DNA of 58,913 bases, the filler included, from Sphacelaria rigidula (lineage: Eukaryota): NCBI GenBank assembly GCA_964200075.2. It is 8 parts of 8 records of this genome, joined end to end, with 100 filler letters (N's around TTAATTAATTAA, not from the genome) between each part and the next. Parts side by side here need not be neighbours in the genome. Positions count along the whole stretch, not along the records: positions 7,379 to 14,656 come from CAXNAA020015656.1; positions 14,757 to 22,033 come from CAXNAA020015657.1; 6 more parts are not named here. One strand, written 5' to 3'. The position numbers were made by a program, and so were the translations under genes. Shown here piece by piece: positions 11,001 through 22,133 of the stretch; the first letter of the stretch is position 1, and every line of letters starts with the position of its first letter. Under the pieces are notes generated by a model. The model made no database searches, was not told where the DNA came from, and saw nothing but the letters and a program-made list of their open reading frames with translations.

Positions 11001-12384
11001 AACGTAATTTGTTCTTCACAGTCTTCCTTTTGAAAAGTTCAAAAATTGCGCGAACGGACCGCTCAAGAATTACGCGTACGCGTACGCGTGCGCGTGTGCT
11101 TTCATTTTTCAATCTTTTCACCACTTTATAGACCATGAAGACTGTCGCTCCTGTTTCTCTGTCCCAGCTTTCCAGAGTTACCCCCAACAAACGCAAGCCA
11201 CGCGCGATCGTTCATAACGAGAACCCCGACTGTCCAATGTTGTATAGGTATATGTTGGAGCGAATTTCAACCGACAGTTCTACACAGAGATGTTGCTCTT
11301 TTGTAAGCAAAGTATCAACTTATGAGCAAACTCCTACTTTTGGAGAACGAATCTACTTTCCCCCCCATGTTTTAACTTTTTTTTTAAATCACAACGCATT
11401 GTCCTTGACACATTCGTGTATTTTGCGTGCTTATTCTTCTACCCATCACATATAACACAGGTTCATAACCGATACACACGTCAAATATCTGGTTCACCCT
11501 CTTGGTAGGAGTCATTACCTTCACCATCTCCCAGATTAATTTCATTCCTTTCCACGCTTATCGTGGAGGACGGCGGTCCGATCCTTGCGCATACATACAT
11601 ACATACATACATATATACATGCATACATATGTCCCCCAATTCCCCTACATCCACGGGGCTTCATAGCGGAATGGATCGATAATGATGTGCGGCAAACATT
11701 TCCGCACATCCTGGGGACTGTGACTTGATGAAGTCTCTTTGTCACAGCCAACGCACCTGTCATGTCTATTTCTAGGCACAGGGGTTCTTGCCACCTACAG
11801 TACCGGGGGGAAAGGAGGGTCTCATGGTTCGTATTCTGATATGTGCAACACGGACAACAAAGGAAGTCCCCAGACCTGATAGTAGCACAGGCAACGCGAG
11901 ACGTTCAGAATTAACAAAAAAATTACGAAGACACAGACGTGAAACGAAACTTAGCGCTTCACGCGGCAGCACGCATTCGTGCGTAATCAATTGGCACCAA
12001 CGAAGAGTTACACAGAGAGCAGTTCGATAACCCGAGAATCTCTTGCCCATACTCATCCCCGGCCCCCAATCGCGGTTTCGTAACACTGGGGACCCCTCTG
12101 CTCCGTTTGCGCGTTTGGTTTGTGGTATACTGCGCGCTTTCTGCACCTCCTTGTACCCTGCCCACCGACCCGGGGTCCGAGAAAATCGGGCTGATGTGAG
12201 GAAAGTAATGGTGGTGTAGGATTGGCAAATAACTCGATTTGTGTTACCTTATTACATGTGTTGTATACCGAAAGGGAGGGTGATGGTAGTATAGGACTGG
12301 TGACCACCAACCACGGTAGTCCATCGTCATTGACACAGGCGATGAAATATGATCATCATGGTATGTGCAGTAGAAGTGGTAGAA

Positions 12385-12484
12385 TAGTATCAGTAGTAGT
12401 GATAGTAGAAGTAGAAGCAGTGGTGGTCGTTGCACCACCACCACCAGCAACACCAACAGCATCATCATCATCATCAACAGCAGC

Positions 12485-12534
<50 letters not shown>

Positions 12535-12535
12535 C
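12385..12535. repeat. Compound trinucleotide microsatellite (GTA/CAC/CAT/CAG/CAA)
   Basis: Direct reading. It produces the spurious poly-Q/T/L ORFs in the track. Confidence 0.93.
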
Positions 12536-12897
12536 GTGATCTCACGACAAGAGAGGGGGGATGTGTGATCGCACAACAAGCGACCGACTCACTTGTTGAT
12601 ACGCTCCACAACCACAAGCATTCGTTATGGGTTTGTACGTGGCTGTCACGGTGATAAAACGACGGGACCTGCTCTCTCTCTCTCTATATATATATATATA
12701 CAGTACGTTGATAAATACCAAGAGCATCCACATGAAAAATTGCTGCCCTGCACGGGCGCCGAGAGCGGCTCCTTCTTTCGAAACTCGATTCGAGCCCCGC
12801 CCCGCCCCGCCCTGCTCCCCCCAGTGTGGGGATGGCTCAATTACAGCAGTAATGGCGAAAAGCACCAACGCCAAATGCAGCCATGGTCTATTCTTAC

Positions 12898-13014
12898 CGA
12901 TTCGCCCGCTCCGTCGGTGCCCGGGAGTACGTAGACGTGCGGCAGGCGCTTAGCGGATGCTTGTTCTGGTGTCATGGTATTAACCGACCGATACGTCAGG
13001 CGATCGGATCGACC
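12898..13014 (-). CDS. DRC7: DRC7, preceding internal exon
   Basis: 117-nt phase 0/0 exon (TGCAG acceptor, GTAAGA donor) encoding GRSDRLTYRSVNTMTPEQASAKRLPHVYVLPGTDGAGES. The GRxDxLxYR motif precedes K(I/M)TExF in DRC7, and the exon joins 8267 in frame. Confidence 0.8.
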
Positions 13015-13144
13015 CTGCAGGGTTTGGGTCACCTGGATTAGCATACGGCCGTGTACAGTACAAACAACCGATATATATAGAAAAATATGTATAACACCAT
13101 GTATCTATTTGTCAAGGCGTCTATGATGAGACCACGGCTGGACC

Positions 13145-13146
<2 letters not shown>

Positions 13147-13184
<38 letters not shown>
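13147..13184. repeat. (AATC)n microsatellite
   Basis: Direct reading of the sequence. Confidence 0.93.
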
Positions 13185-13189
<5 letters not shown>

Positions 13190-13644
13190 ACGGATGAATG
13201 GGCGGTTTCAGATGAGTGACCTATGCCCCTAGCATGTGCGCCTATTTCAGCGTGTACTATACACCTTAAATGTATGAATCGAGAACATTACGTAGAGACC
13301 TGGAAATAACACCATGCTCATGAGTCGGAGTATTTTTAGTCGGGCCTGTTTCACAGTACAGTAGCAGTACAGAGATTCTCCAGGTGAACCTTAAGTAGTA
13401 TCATTATCCATTCAGTGTATGTATATATGGATATATATATATATATATATATATGGCGATACATGTGTAGAGCAGACAAGCATGATGAGGTGCTCATTTG
13501 CTCCTGTCGGCACACCGAAACGCTCGTGGTCCAAAAAACAACAGTGTTAACATCAACGGTACTGAACAAGACAATTGAGCTGGAAGGATTTTTTTCATTT
13601 ACTGGGGGCGAAAAGAAGAGAAACCAAGAACGCACTCACGTATC

Positions 13645-13980
13645 TGTAATATTTTCTTTATTTTTTGTCGCACTATGAACCCCTCCCCTTTCTCGGGACG
13701 AATCCGTGGTCTCCAGGGATCAAGCCATCTCTCCCCGGTACACGCCTTGCATTTTCATCTCGCGGATTGGCTCATGACTATCAGCACTCCCGCATAGCGT
13801 CAGCTCTCGTCAAACAAACTCAGTCGACAACTTTTTGTTTACTCACGTATGAACGCTTTCGACGATGGAGATGAGATACTTCGAAGAAAAAGCTCAACGC
13901 ATCGGGAGTCGAACCCTCGTGCTCTCCAACCTAACGATGACAGTCGGAACATTTCAGTTCACGCCACCGGGGGCGCGGCG
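13645..13980 (-). mobile_element. Second tRNA-derived SINE family (tRNA-Asp-like head)
   Basis: Minus strand reads GCCCCCGGTGGCGTGAACTG (A-box-like), CCGACTGTCATCG (GTC anticodon-like arm), GGTTCGACTCC (B-box), then an unrelated body and an A-rich tail. Confidence 0.6.
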
Positions 13981-14656
13981 GTAACACATGTACGCCAAAC
14001 TGTATACAGTGCTATATATATATGTAAACCTTCTTGCCGATTTCCTCGATCCTCGACACGAGGCCATCCAGCCTAGCTTCCATGAAAAAATACAGCTCTC
14101 TGCGCCGACCGCTCCATGTGATCAGATTCCTGAGGGCGTTTGCCCGCCCCGGACGAAACAGCTCTGATACCTGTTTTAGTTTTAGTTTTTTTTGGGGGGG
14201 TACTCATTTGTTGCTTGCCTTAGTCGTTTGAACATTGACCTCGGTTTGAGGGTGGGGGGGTGACGAGAATCGCCGACTTTACAAAAGGAGTCAACATCAA
14301 TCAGTGCAATCCATGCAATCGGTGCAATCAGTGAAATATCTGACACTTCCAGGGGGTCTACCCTACAACAATAGTTGTCGCCCATGGCATCCAATTTGGA
14401 GGAGAACATTGCTTATGGCCCATTTTGTTGATTGTTTGATTCAATCGAGTGACTGTCGCACAGCAACTCCTCATACCGAAAAAACCCACCCGTGGTATCA
14501 AGATAGACGACGTACTTACCCAAGGTGAAAGAAAGCGGAAGAAGTAATTTTCATCCAACATGGAGTCATGGTACGACAGGGGGGGGGGGGGGTGGAGGAT
14601 GGGTAGTTTTACGCGCAGCATGGTGACACACAAAACATAGAACAACTGCGAAGGGG

Positions 14657-14756
14657 NNNNNNNNNNNNNNNNNNNNNNNNNNNNNNNNNNNNNNNNNNNN
14701 TTAATTAATTAANNNNNNNNNNNNNNNNNNNNNNNNNNNNNNNNNNNNNNNNNNNN
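14657..14756. other. Artificial contig linker
   Basis: 44 N + TTAATTAATTAA + 44 N. Confidence 0.98.
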
Positions 14757-14918
14757 TCAATCGAAATACCACCTCATGACCTGAACATGCACCTCCCATC
14801 GATCAACCCACCCAACTCCTTTATTCACAAATGCACACCAACAATGATTCAATGTTGAAAATTTCTGTAGTTTGGGATCTGGAGGGATACGAGGTACCGC
14901 TGCGTGGACACACGAAAC

Positions 14919-15265
14919 ATGAGCAGCACTGCAGACCGTCAGAATGGATCACCCCCAGATTCGAGTGGTGACTCGAGCGGGGACGGTTCATTTGCGCTAC
15001 CAGGGGATCAAGTAGCAAGACGCACGTCATCGACGTTGATGGTGGCTGTGTTGTGATCATCAAACCCCACGCCGTTATCGACATGTACAGCACAGAGCAT
15101 GAGCTACCACCGAAGGTCGTCAAGGCCGTCGGCGATTTTGTCGCATGCCGAAGGGCTTCCAGAGAACGGGCAGCCGTGAATGCTCCTTCATGTACTCTCT
15201 GGGAGTGTACGTGAAGCCGATAGATGTTGACGATCCCATGCACATGTACGACTACGATTGTTCGT
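14919..15265 (+). pseudogene. Frameshifted 5' fragment of a probable DNA-transposon ORF
   Basis: Three protein-like frames can be joined across two frameshifts: MSSTADRQNGSPPDSSGDSSGDG / SSSKTHVIDVDGGCVVIIKPHAVIDMYSTEHELPPKVVKAVGDFVACRR / TGSRECSFMYSLGVYVKPIDVDDP. The family assignment (hAT-like, upstream of a BED finger) is from memory only. Confidence 0.35.
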
Positions 15266-15379
15266 GTAGTCTTTCTCCATCAACCCCGTGAAGCCGTTCA
15301 GAGTTTTCGCGAACTGTCATCTTCTGTATTTTGCCACTGTTGTAGTGACGTAGGTCCCACCACAGGGGTGATATTATAC

Positions 15380-15873
15380 CAAGGTCGTGTTTTGGAGGGT
15401 ACGATTTTCTGTATACCCGGGGTATTTTTACATGTGTTTACCGTACCCGACAGTTCTGTAAACTCTGTAAGAATTTCATACCCGTACCCGATAGTTCTGT
15501 GAGTTATGTAGGCCTCCCGTACCGTTACCGGGGGCACGGGTATGCTCTCGATAAGATACCCGGTTGCGGGTACGGTTTTCTGTGCAACCTCCACACCCTA
15601 CCCGACAGTTTCTGTGAGTTCTGTAAGCCTCCCATACCCTTACCCGACAGTTCTGTGAGTTCTGCACAAAACCTTACCCTCACCCGAGGGGCGGGTATGT
15701 CCTAAAACAGTTACCCGATTGCCGGTACCGGTTTTCTGTAAGCCTCCCATACCGTACCCGACAAGTTTTGTGACGTCTGTAAGACTTTCATACCGGTACC
15801 CGACGGTTCTGTAAGCTATTGAAGCAATCTTATCCCTACAGAAAGTACCTGTACCTTACAGAACACAACCTTG
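15380..15873. mobile_element. Non-autonomous TIR element with internal ~45-bp TACCCGACAGTTCTGT tandem units
   Basis: The ends CAAGGTCGTGTTTTGG and CAGAACACAACCTTG are imperfect inverted repeats. Related degenerate copies lie at ~1265-1320, 1655-1830, 33205-33700, 34530-34640 and 34965-35170. Confidence 0.7.
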
Positions 15874-16993
15874 CAATGTTCACTTTTATGGATGATGCAG
15901 ATGGACTACCCACACCGCGGTTGAAGGGTTAAGCTTCCACAGCAGTATCTCATCGGCACAGACGAGTTGAGCCGTGATCTGCATATCGTATTGATCGCCT
16001 AATCAAGGGGAAGGTGTCCGTCTACTCGAAAGTCTAGGCCGACATTTTCTTGTTGATTAAACCTCATGTCTAGTCATTCCTTTACCGCACGGAAATAGCG
16101 TCTATACTAAAATCTACATGAAACCCCGAACGATACGTTCAGCGGATGACGACGTTTTTTGGTGTGGGCATTCCCTGGAGCACGGGGAGACGATAGATAC
16201 CCTCACCTTCACCTAATTCGCTATTCATCTCGAGATGTGGCGCACATAAGTTTCCATACTACAATCAATATATTACGAGCAGAGTTGATGCTATAAATCT
16301 GCATTTCGCGTCTCAGTTTTCCAGATTGTGCAATCAAATTCTGTACGGAGAACAGCTTGTGCGTGATAATACTAAAAAACAGCTTTTCTTCACCTTGCCG
16401 TTTTTTCCATTTGTCTTATTTTTTTAGGGGAGTTTTGTGGAGAAATGGATATTGCTCTTGGGCCTTATCTCAATTTTTTGTCTCAATTTTCAGAAGCGTG
16501 ATTTGAAACTTAGCATGGAGAACCACAGAGGTACTGAATAAATAAAAAATGAGCCTTCAATTTGAGGGGGGGGAGAGGTTCGGGCGTGCTCGTGAAAAAA
16601 TTGTCGTTTCCATACTCAAACGCCCTAAACCAGTGAAAATACGTATGAATACCAACCTGACCCACTCTTTTTGCTTCATTATGGTCCAAGTATGTCCCAC
16701 ACAAAATTTCAATACACAAACATCAAACGTGGGTCGGTAAGGCCGCTTCTTGTAAACTGAAAAAATTCCCTGAAAAAAGTAGTTTTGATCAGTTTTCATA
16801 ACGCGACCTTATAGGTTTGTGTGTGTATGTGTGTGTGTGCGTCTGTGTGTGTTGTGTGCTTGGTGTTGCCATACCATATACTCGAGTATCCTGTACGTGG
16901 GCGAGATTACGTGTATTTTACCGCAGGTGGCACAAGTACAACATGCAAATGGATGACCACTTCCACCATCTGCACGCAGGCTAGATGATGGCC

Positions 16994-17460
16994 TTAGACC
17001 GGATCTTATGGCAACAGAGCCCACGGATTATTCACTTTTGGGACGTTTGATCGACTCTTTGATCCTCAAACAGGGAAAATCGCCAACACACGTCTCGGGC
17101 ACTTTGCACCACCCCACAGAGGAGCTCAGCCTACCTTTCAGATTCGCTTGGCTCCGAGGTTTCGACATTGGCCGCTGAGCAATAACCCGTGTGCAATAAT
17201 TTGTGCTTGCCGACATATGGCAGTTTGCCCAATAATCTGTGGAGATCGCCGTAATTTTTGTTGCACACGAATTATTGTTCAGCGGCCACTCTCGGAACCT
17301 TGGAGCCAAATAAATCTGAAAAGTGGGCTAGGCTCTTTCTTTCCATGGGATGATGCAAAGTGCGTAAGACGTGTGTTAGCGATTTTCCCTGTTTGGGGAT
17401 CAAAGAGCGGGTCAAACGTCCCAAAAGTGAACAATCCGTGGGCCATAGCATCCGGCCTGA
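16994..17460. mobile_element. Foldback (hairpin) MITE
   Basis: ~220-bp imperfect inverted arms, e.g. CCCACGGATTATTCACTTTTGGGACGTTTGA vs TCAAACGTCCCAAAAGTGAACAATCCGTGGG. Confidence 0.8.
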
Positions 17461-17498
17461 GGTGTACAAACCCTCTGGGATTATTCGTACGACTATGA

Positions 17499-17946
17499 GA
17501 CCATCTTGTATGGCAACCAATCGGTATTTGTACAAATGAGGATTTCAGCCCGTCTATAATCGATTTTCTCCCGTGGATTGATTGTTCGGATCCCTGTCCG
17601 TTGAGCAATGTTTTCCGCCTAGCTCTGACAAAACCAGATAAATTCTCCGATTCTCTGGACGCCGACTTTTGGCTCATCACCTTTCTGCTCAGATCGGGAG
17701 ACTCCCACATCTCCCCCGATTCGGGCCCCAGATTCGAGGGAGATGCGGGAGTCTCCCGGTCTGAGCAGAAATGTAATGAACCAAAAGTCAGCGTCCAGAG
17801 AATCGGAGAAATGGTCTGGTTTTCTCAGAGCCAATTGCCGAACAGACTGGGGTCCGAAAAATGAATCCACGGAAGAAAAACGGAGAAAGACAGGCTGAAA
17901 TTTTCATACTTGTACAAATACGGATTGATTGCCATATAAGAGGGTC
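17499..17946. mobile_element. Foldback (hairpin) MITE
   Basis: The whole element is a near-palindrome centred near GGGCCC at ~17725. The ends are GACCATCTTGTATGGCAACCAATC and GATTGATTGCCATATAAGAGGGTC. Confidence 0.85.
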
Positions 17947-18116
17947 CATTGATAATAAGGTGGGACTCTGAAAACTGACTTTTCTTAAATAAGTCAGTGA
18001 GAAAAGCCGTCCGCCCGAATGCTTTTCAGTGACTTTTTTCAGTCTTGAAGAAGCGGCCCAAGTGGCCTGGAAAACACTGTTCCGAATTTCTATCGACCCG
18101 CTTATTGAACGGCAAT

Positions 18117-18381
18117 TTCGCCGGCCAATATTCAGAGTTGGATCCTGAAATTTGGTATTGACTATGAAAAGGGCGTAATGAAAGATTCAAAACGTGCACA
18201 CAGAGAGTTTTTTCTTCTCATGAGTAAAGGCAATAATCAGTGTTCAGGTGTCGGTGGAATGCAGTCAAATCATGAAAGCGAAGAGAAATCTTTGTGTGCA
18301 CGGGTATTTTTTTTATTATGCCCTGCGAGCCCATTGTCCAACCATATTTTTGGGTCCGACTCTTAACTGTTGGCCGGCGAA
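18117..18381. repeat. Degenerate inverted repeat (hairpin element core)
   Basis: TTCGCCGGCCAATATTCAGAGTTGGATCC pairs with GGGTCCGACTCTTAACTGTTGGCCGGCGAA, and CGTGCACACAGAGA pairs with TCTTTGTGTGCACG. Confidence 0.7.
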
Positions 18382-18624
18382 TGGGCCTGCAGACTACGAA
18401 TTCGTCCCTAGACTGGCCCAGCTCTTATCTCAAACTCGTACTCCAGTGAAGTCCTGAAAACTTCGTCAAGTATACCAGGAAACCCGAGTTGAGATACTTC
18501 TGACCGCGATTTCACCGTGGTAGTTGCCACGTGGAATGATTTCCGAAGTTCGATCTTGGAAATATGAGGTTAGTTCACCACTTGGTAGCTATGGAACTTT
18601 CTCGGAGATGGATTAATCGAACAA

Positions 18625-19640
18625 CTCCAACTCTAACCACGAGCATAACCTTCACCCCAACGAAGGCATACCGAGAACCCTCGGGCAAGGGGGGTGCAGA
18701 GTGTCCTCGACTAGGCAGAATGTGCGTTGCCAGACCTCGTATTCAGACGAAAACGCCTTTTGCGCGCGCCAAGAGCACAGAAGATCCGGATTTCGGTGCC
18801 CAAATTAAGACCGATTCAGAAATTTCCACACGTCAGACAGCTCATGAGCTCAGTAGATATGAGGATTTGTACGTAAACAATGGTTGGTACTCGATTTTAC
18901 TTGATTTCAGAGTGAACAAAGTTCTGAGAAAATTCACGGTCTGGGGCAGGTGAGCAGTAGACCCAGCTCGTCCAGAACGTGTTTTGGTCCAAAATCGGCT
19001 CAAAGGCGTCGATTTGAACTCTGGCAACGCACACTTTGCCTGGGGAACGCTCTGCACCCCCTTGCCCAAGGGTTCTCGGTATGCCTTGGCCGGGGTTAGG
19101 TTTAGGGTTAGCGTTAGGGTTGGCAACATCTTCATAGTACCAACCATTGTTCACGTACAAATCCTAAGATCGCCTCTATGAGCTACCTGAAATAAGTAAT
19201 CGAAGAAAACTCTCAGATCTATTGTACAAAAACACGAAACACGTGGCAGCAGTGTCCGAGAACCCAAAGCGCTGTCTCCCCGCTACATCCCGTGCTCGGC
19301 GTCCACCGCTGTCGGGAGTTAATGCGGAAATAGTGGCCAAATGAGCAAGCTCATTATACGGATCAGTATTATAATAAGAAGTAATATCCAAGTAGCTCAT
19401 GAGCTGTCCGACATGTGGAAATTCCGAAATTTACATACCCACCAAGTGGTGAACTCTACTGGGAAATATGGGGTCAAGGCACGAGAGGCGAGTTTACCCC
19501 CGTTCGGGGAAATTAAGCGATGACCAACACATCACTTCACTTTTGTCAAAACCGTGACATTGACCCTAACCTAAACCTTGACCCGATGAGGACCGAGAAC
19601 CCTCGGGGAAGGGAGGTACATAGAGTGTCCCTGGCAACGT
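18625..19640. repeat. Repeat family with (CCCTAA)-like tracts in inverted and direct copies
   Basis: The unit AACCCTAAC...CCGAGAACCCTCGGGCAAGGGGGGTGCAGAG occurs at 18625-18740, inverted at 19015-19122, direct at 19560-19640, and again at 38070-38180. Confidence 0.7.
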
Positions 19641-22033
19641 GTACTTTGTTCTGGCTCTAATCGGTGCCACGGTAATCTCTACGGAGAAACGATCTCCGAC
19701 CGCAGGAAGGATATAACGATATAACGGCAATTCAATGTACAGAACGCGACCGATTGCATGACGGCCCTTGACCAACTTGATGTCGAGTCCAAGGCTACCG
19801 CGATTGAAAGTGCATTTCAAGCAGAGAGATATTTGGTACGTACCGCTTGATGCGCCTTTCAACTCATGCTTCTGTCTCTGCCTCCACCCCCCCCCACCCC
19901 CACCCCCCTACACCTTATTATGGCTCTACACCACGAAAACAAGTGGCAGGTGCGGTATCATATGCCCGTTCGTGAAAAAGGTTTTGACCGTTGGGGGTCA
20001 GGATTTGTTAAAGGGTCTGCGAGCAAAGCACGTCGGGTACATTTCAGGGACCCACGGCTTGCCAAAACATGACCAGAGCCCGGAGTGTTCAAAAGATCGC
20101 TTACGGAAAACACACACGCGTACCACTGCATTATCTTTGCCGAAGCCTGCGACGGCTATGAGTCGTGCCAGCGCGGTAGTATACGCTGTCGTGTCCGTTG
20201 GGCAACGAACGCCAAGACATATCCTGGTACACTGTTGTACTGCCTGTAGTGTGCTGTGTCGCTGTCTTCGCAGCGCACTACTAACTCTGTTGTAGCACTT
20301 TGCATGTTCACTGACTGAAAAAAATGGGGGATAGAAAACCTTCGACGACAACTACAGCGTGCTCACCTCACTCTACGAACCATCCTTCTAAGATTTTGAC
20401 GTCGTTCAGGCGCTACGGTAGCTATAGTTCTCCAATGTCGATTGGGTCCGCCCAACGCTTCCCTACCCTGCACCTGCTGCAGGCATGTATTCAAATTTCG
20501 GAAGAAAATACTTGATGGTCATCATGCAATAGTGTTCGCGTTGAGCACATCCTCGGTAAACTCTCGTTCACCGTTCTTGTTATAACTGACCTCAGTTTTT
20601 GGATCAGAAAAGTAGAACATATTTTTCAATGTTACATAGCTCATTACAATTCCTCCCTTATGCCCTGCGTAATTCTATAGTCCAGGTGAGATTGGTAATT
20701 TTCCATCGTCATAAGGTTTCGATCGTCATAAGGGCTAAGTTGAATCCTTTTACCGCGGGTCTGAATGAATATTCGGGCTAGTGCTGTACTACTGTGGCGA
20801 GTATGCTCCCTGCTCCTCTACATCACTCGTAGCCACTTCTACAAACACGATATGTGTGATGTCTGCGAAGCCCGATCAACTTGCAGCAACACTATGGCGT
20901 CGTCTTCTTCTGTCGGTCTTGCGACATCAGTAGCCGAGGAAGTTTTGCTTAGTCGATCCCATTTGCCCGTGTTCTTCGGCGCATCGTTTGCACTGTTGAC
21001 CGTGCGGCGGCACTGGGATCAAATGCAAGGTTCAACATATGCGCTGGTGAGCGTTCAGCGGCATGGAAACGCCACAACGCGTGCTTTGCTTGTTGAGAAT
21101 GCGTGCGGGGGCACTTGAAAACTGAGTTGGCCCCTCGACAGCGAGGGTAGGTCACCTGCTGAATCGGCATCAATATTCACTTGAAAAAAGTATTCATGAT
21201 CCAGATGGACTACGCGCACCGCGGTCCAAGGGTTAGAGGAGTTTCGCAGCTTGCGGGGGAAACATCTTGATGTTTGCTCTCCTTATTCATCTTCACAGAC
21301 GATCCTTCGCATTTGTTGCGTGTGGATTGTCCTTGTCACCGCCGGAGTTGATCATTCGTTGCCACAGCATCGTGTTCGCGTAAACAAAATGATGCAGTAA
21401 GGCTCATTTGACCCACCGTGGTGGTCAGAGGACATGGAAGATCTACAAAACTCACAGTCAGTAGGCCAAGTAGTCTACACCACGGGCCTTCACGCCGAGA
21501 TGGATACTGTATCTACACATCAGCAGTCATGAATCCGTTTGAGCGAGAAATAAGAAATCGTCACCCTGAACTGCCGGGCCCACGTCCGCTATGTCTGTCT
21601 ACTCTGTGCGGGTTGCTTCGATTCCCGCGCTCCGGCATGCACCACGACAACAGTGCTTCATCTTGGCTACTGTGAGCACCTACCTCCTGAAGGAAGAGAC
21701 GATGTCAACCGGCGGAGACGACGCGCGAAGGAGCGTCCGCTTGTATTGCGTATTTTGTAAGTTATTGCCACCTGTCCAATAGCACGGTAGCTGATCTCAA
21801 ATTGATGGAAGACTTTACTCGCGCAAAGAATCAACAGCACCATCCAGTCCACGTCTGAAGAAGAAATACTGCTCCAAGCAGTGACATGTTCTCATCCAAG
21901 TGCACCGAGAGCTATTTTCGCTCCCTTGAACGCGATCCCCCAACATCGCTTCGATACGGCATCACCGCCGACAGTCCCGGTGAAAATAGTGAAGGGGGGG
22001 GAGGGGGGGGTACTCATTTCTTGCTTGCCTTAG

Positions 22034-22133
22034 NNNNNNNNNNNNNNNNNNNNNNNNNNNNNNNNNNNNNNNNNNNNTTAATTAATTAANNNNNNNNNNN
22101 NNNNNNNNNNNNNNNNNNNNNNNNNNNNNNNNN
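22034..22133. other. Artificial contig linker
   Basis: 44 N + TTAATTAATTAA + 44 N. Confidence 0.98.

Noticed and set aside
12222-12654. Poly-Q/poly-T/poly-L proteins
   Set aside because: These are translations of an intronic trinucleotide microsatellite.
13895-13980. Functional tRNA-Asp gene
   Set aside because: The acceptor stem does not pair, the D-arm is aberrant, there is extra sequence before the T-arm, and it runs on into a SINE-like body.
19090-19122. True telomere
   Set aside because: It is short, degenerate, internal and part of a dispersed repeat.
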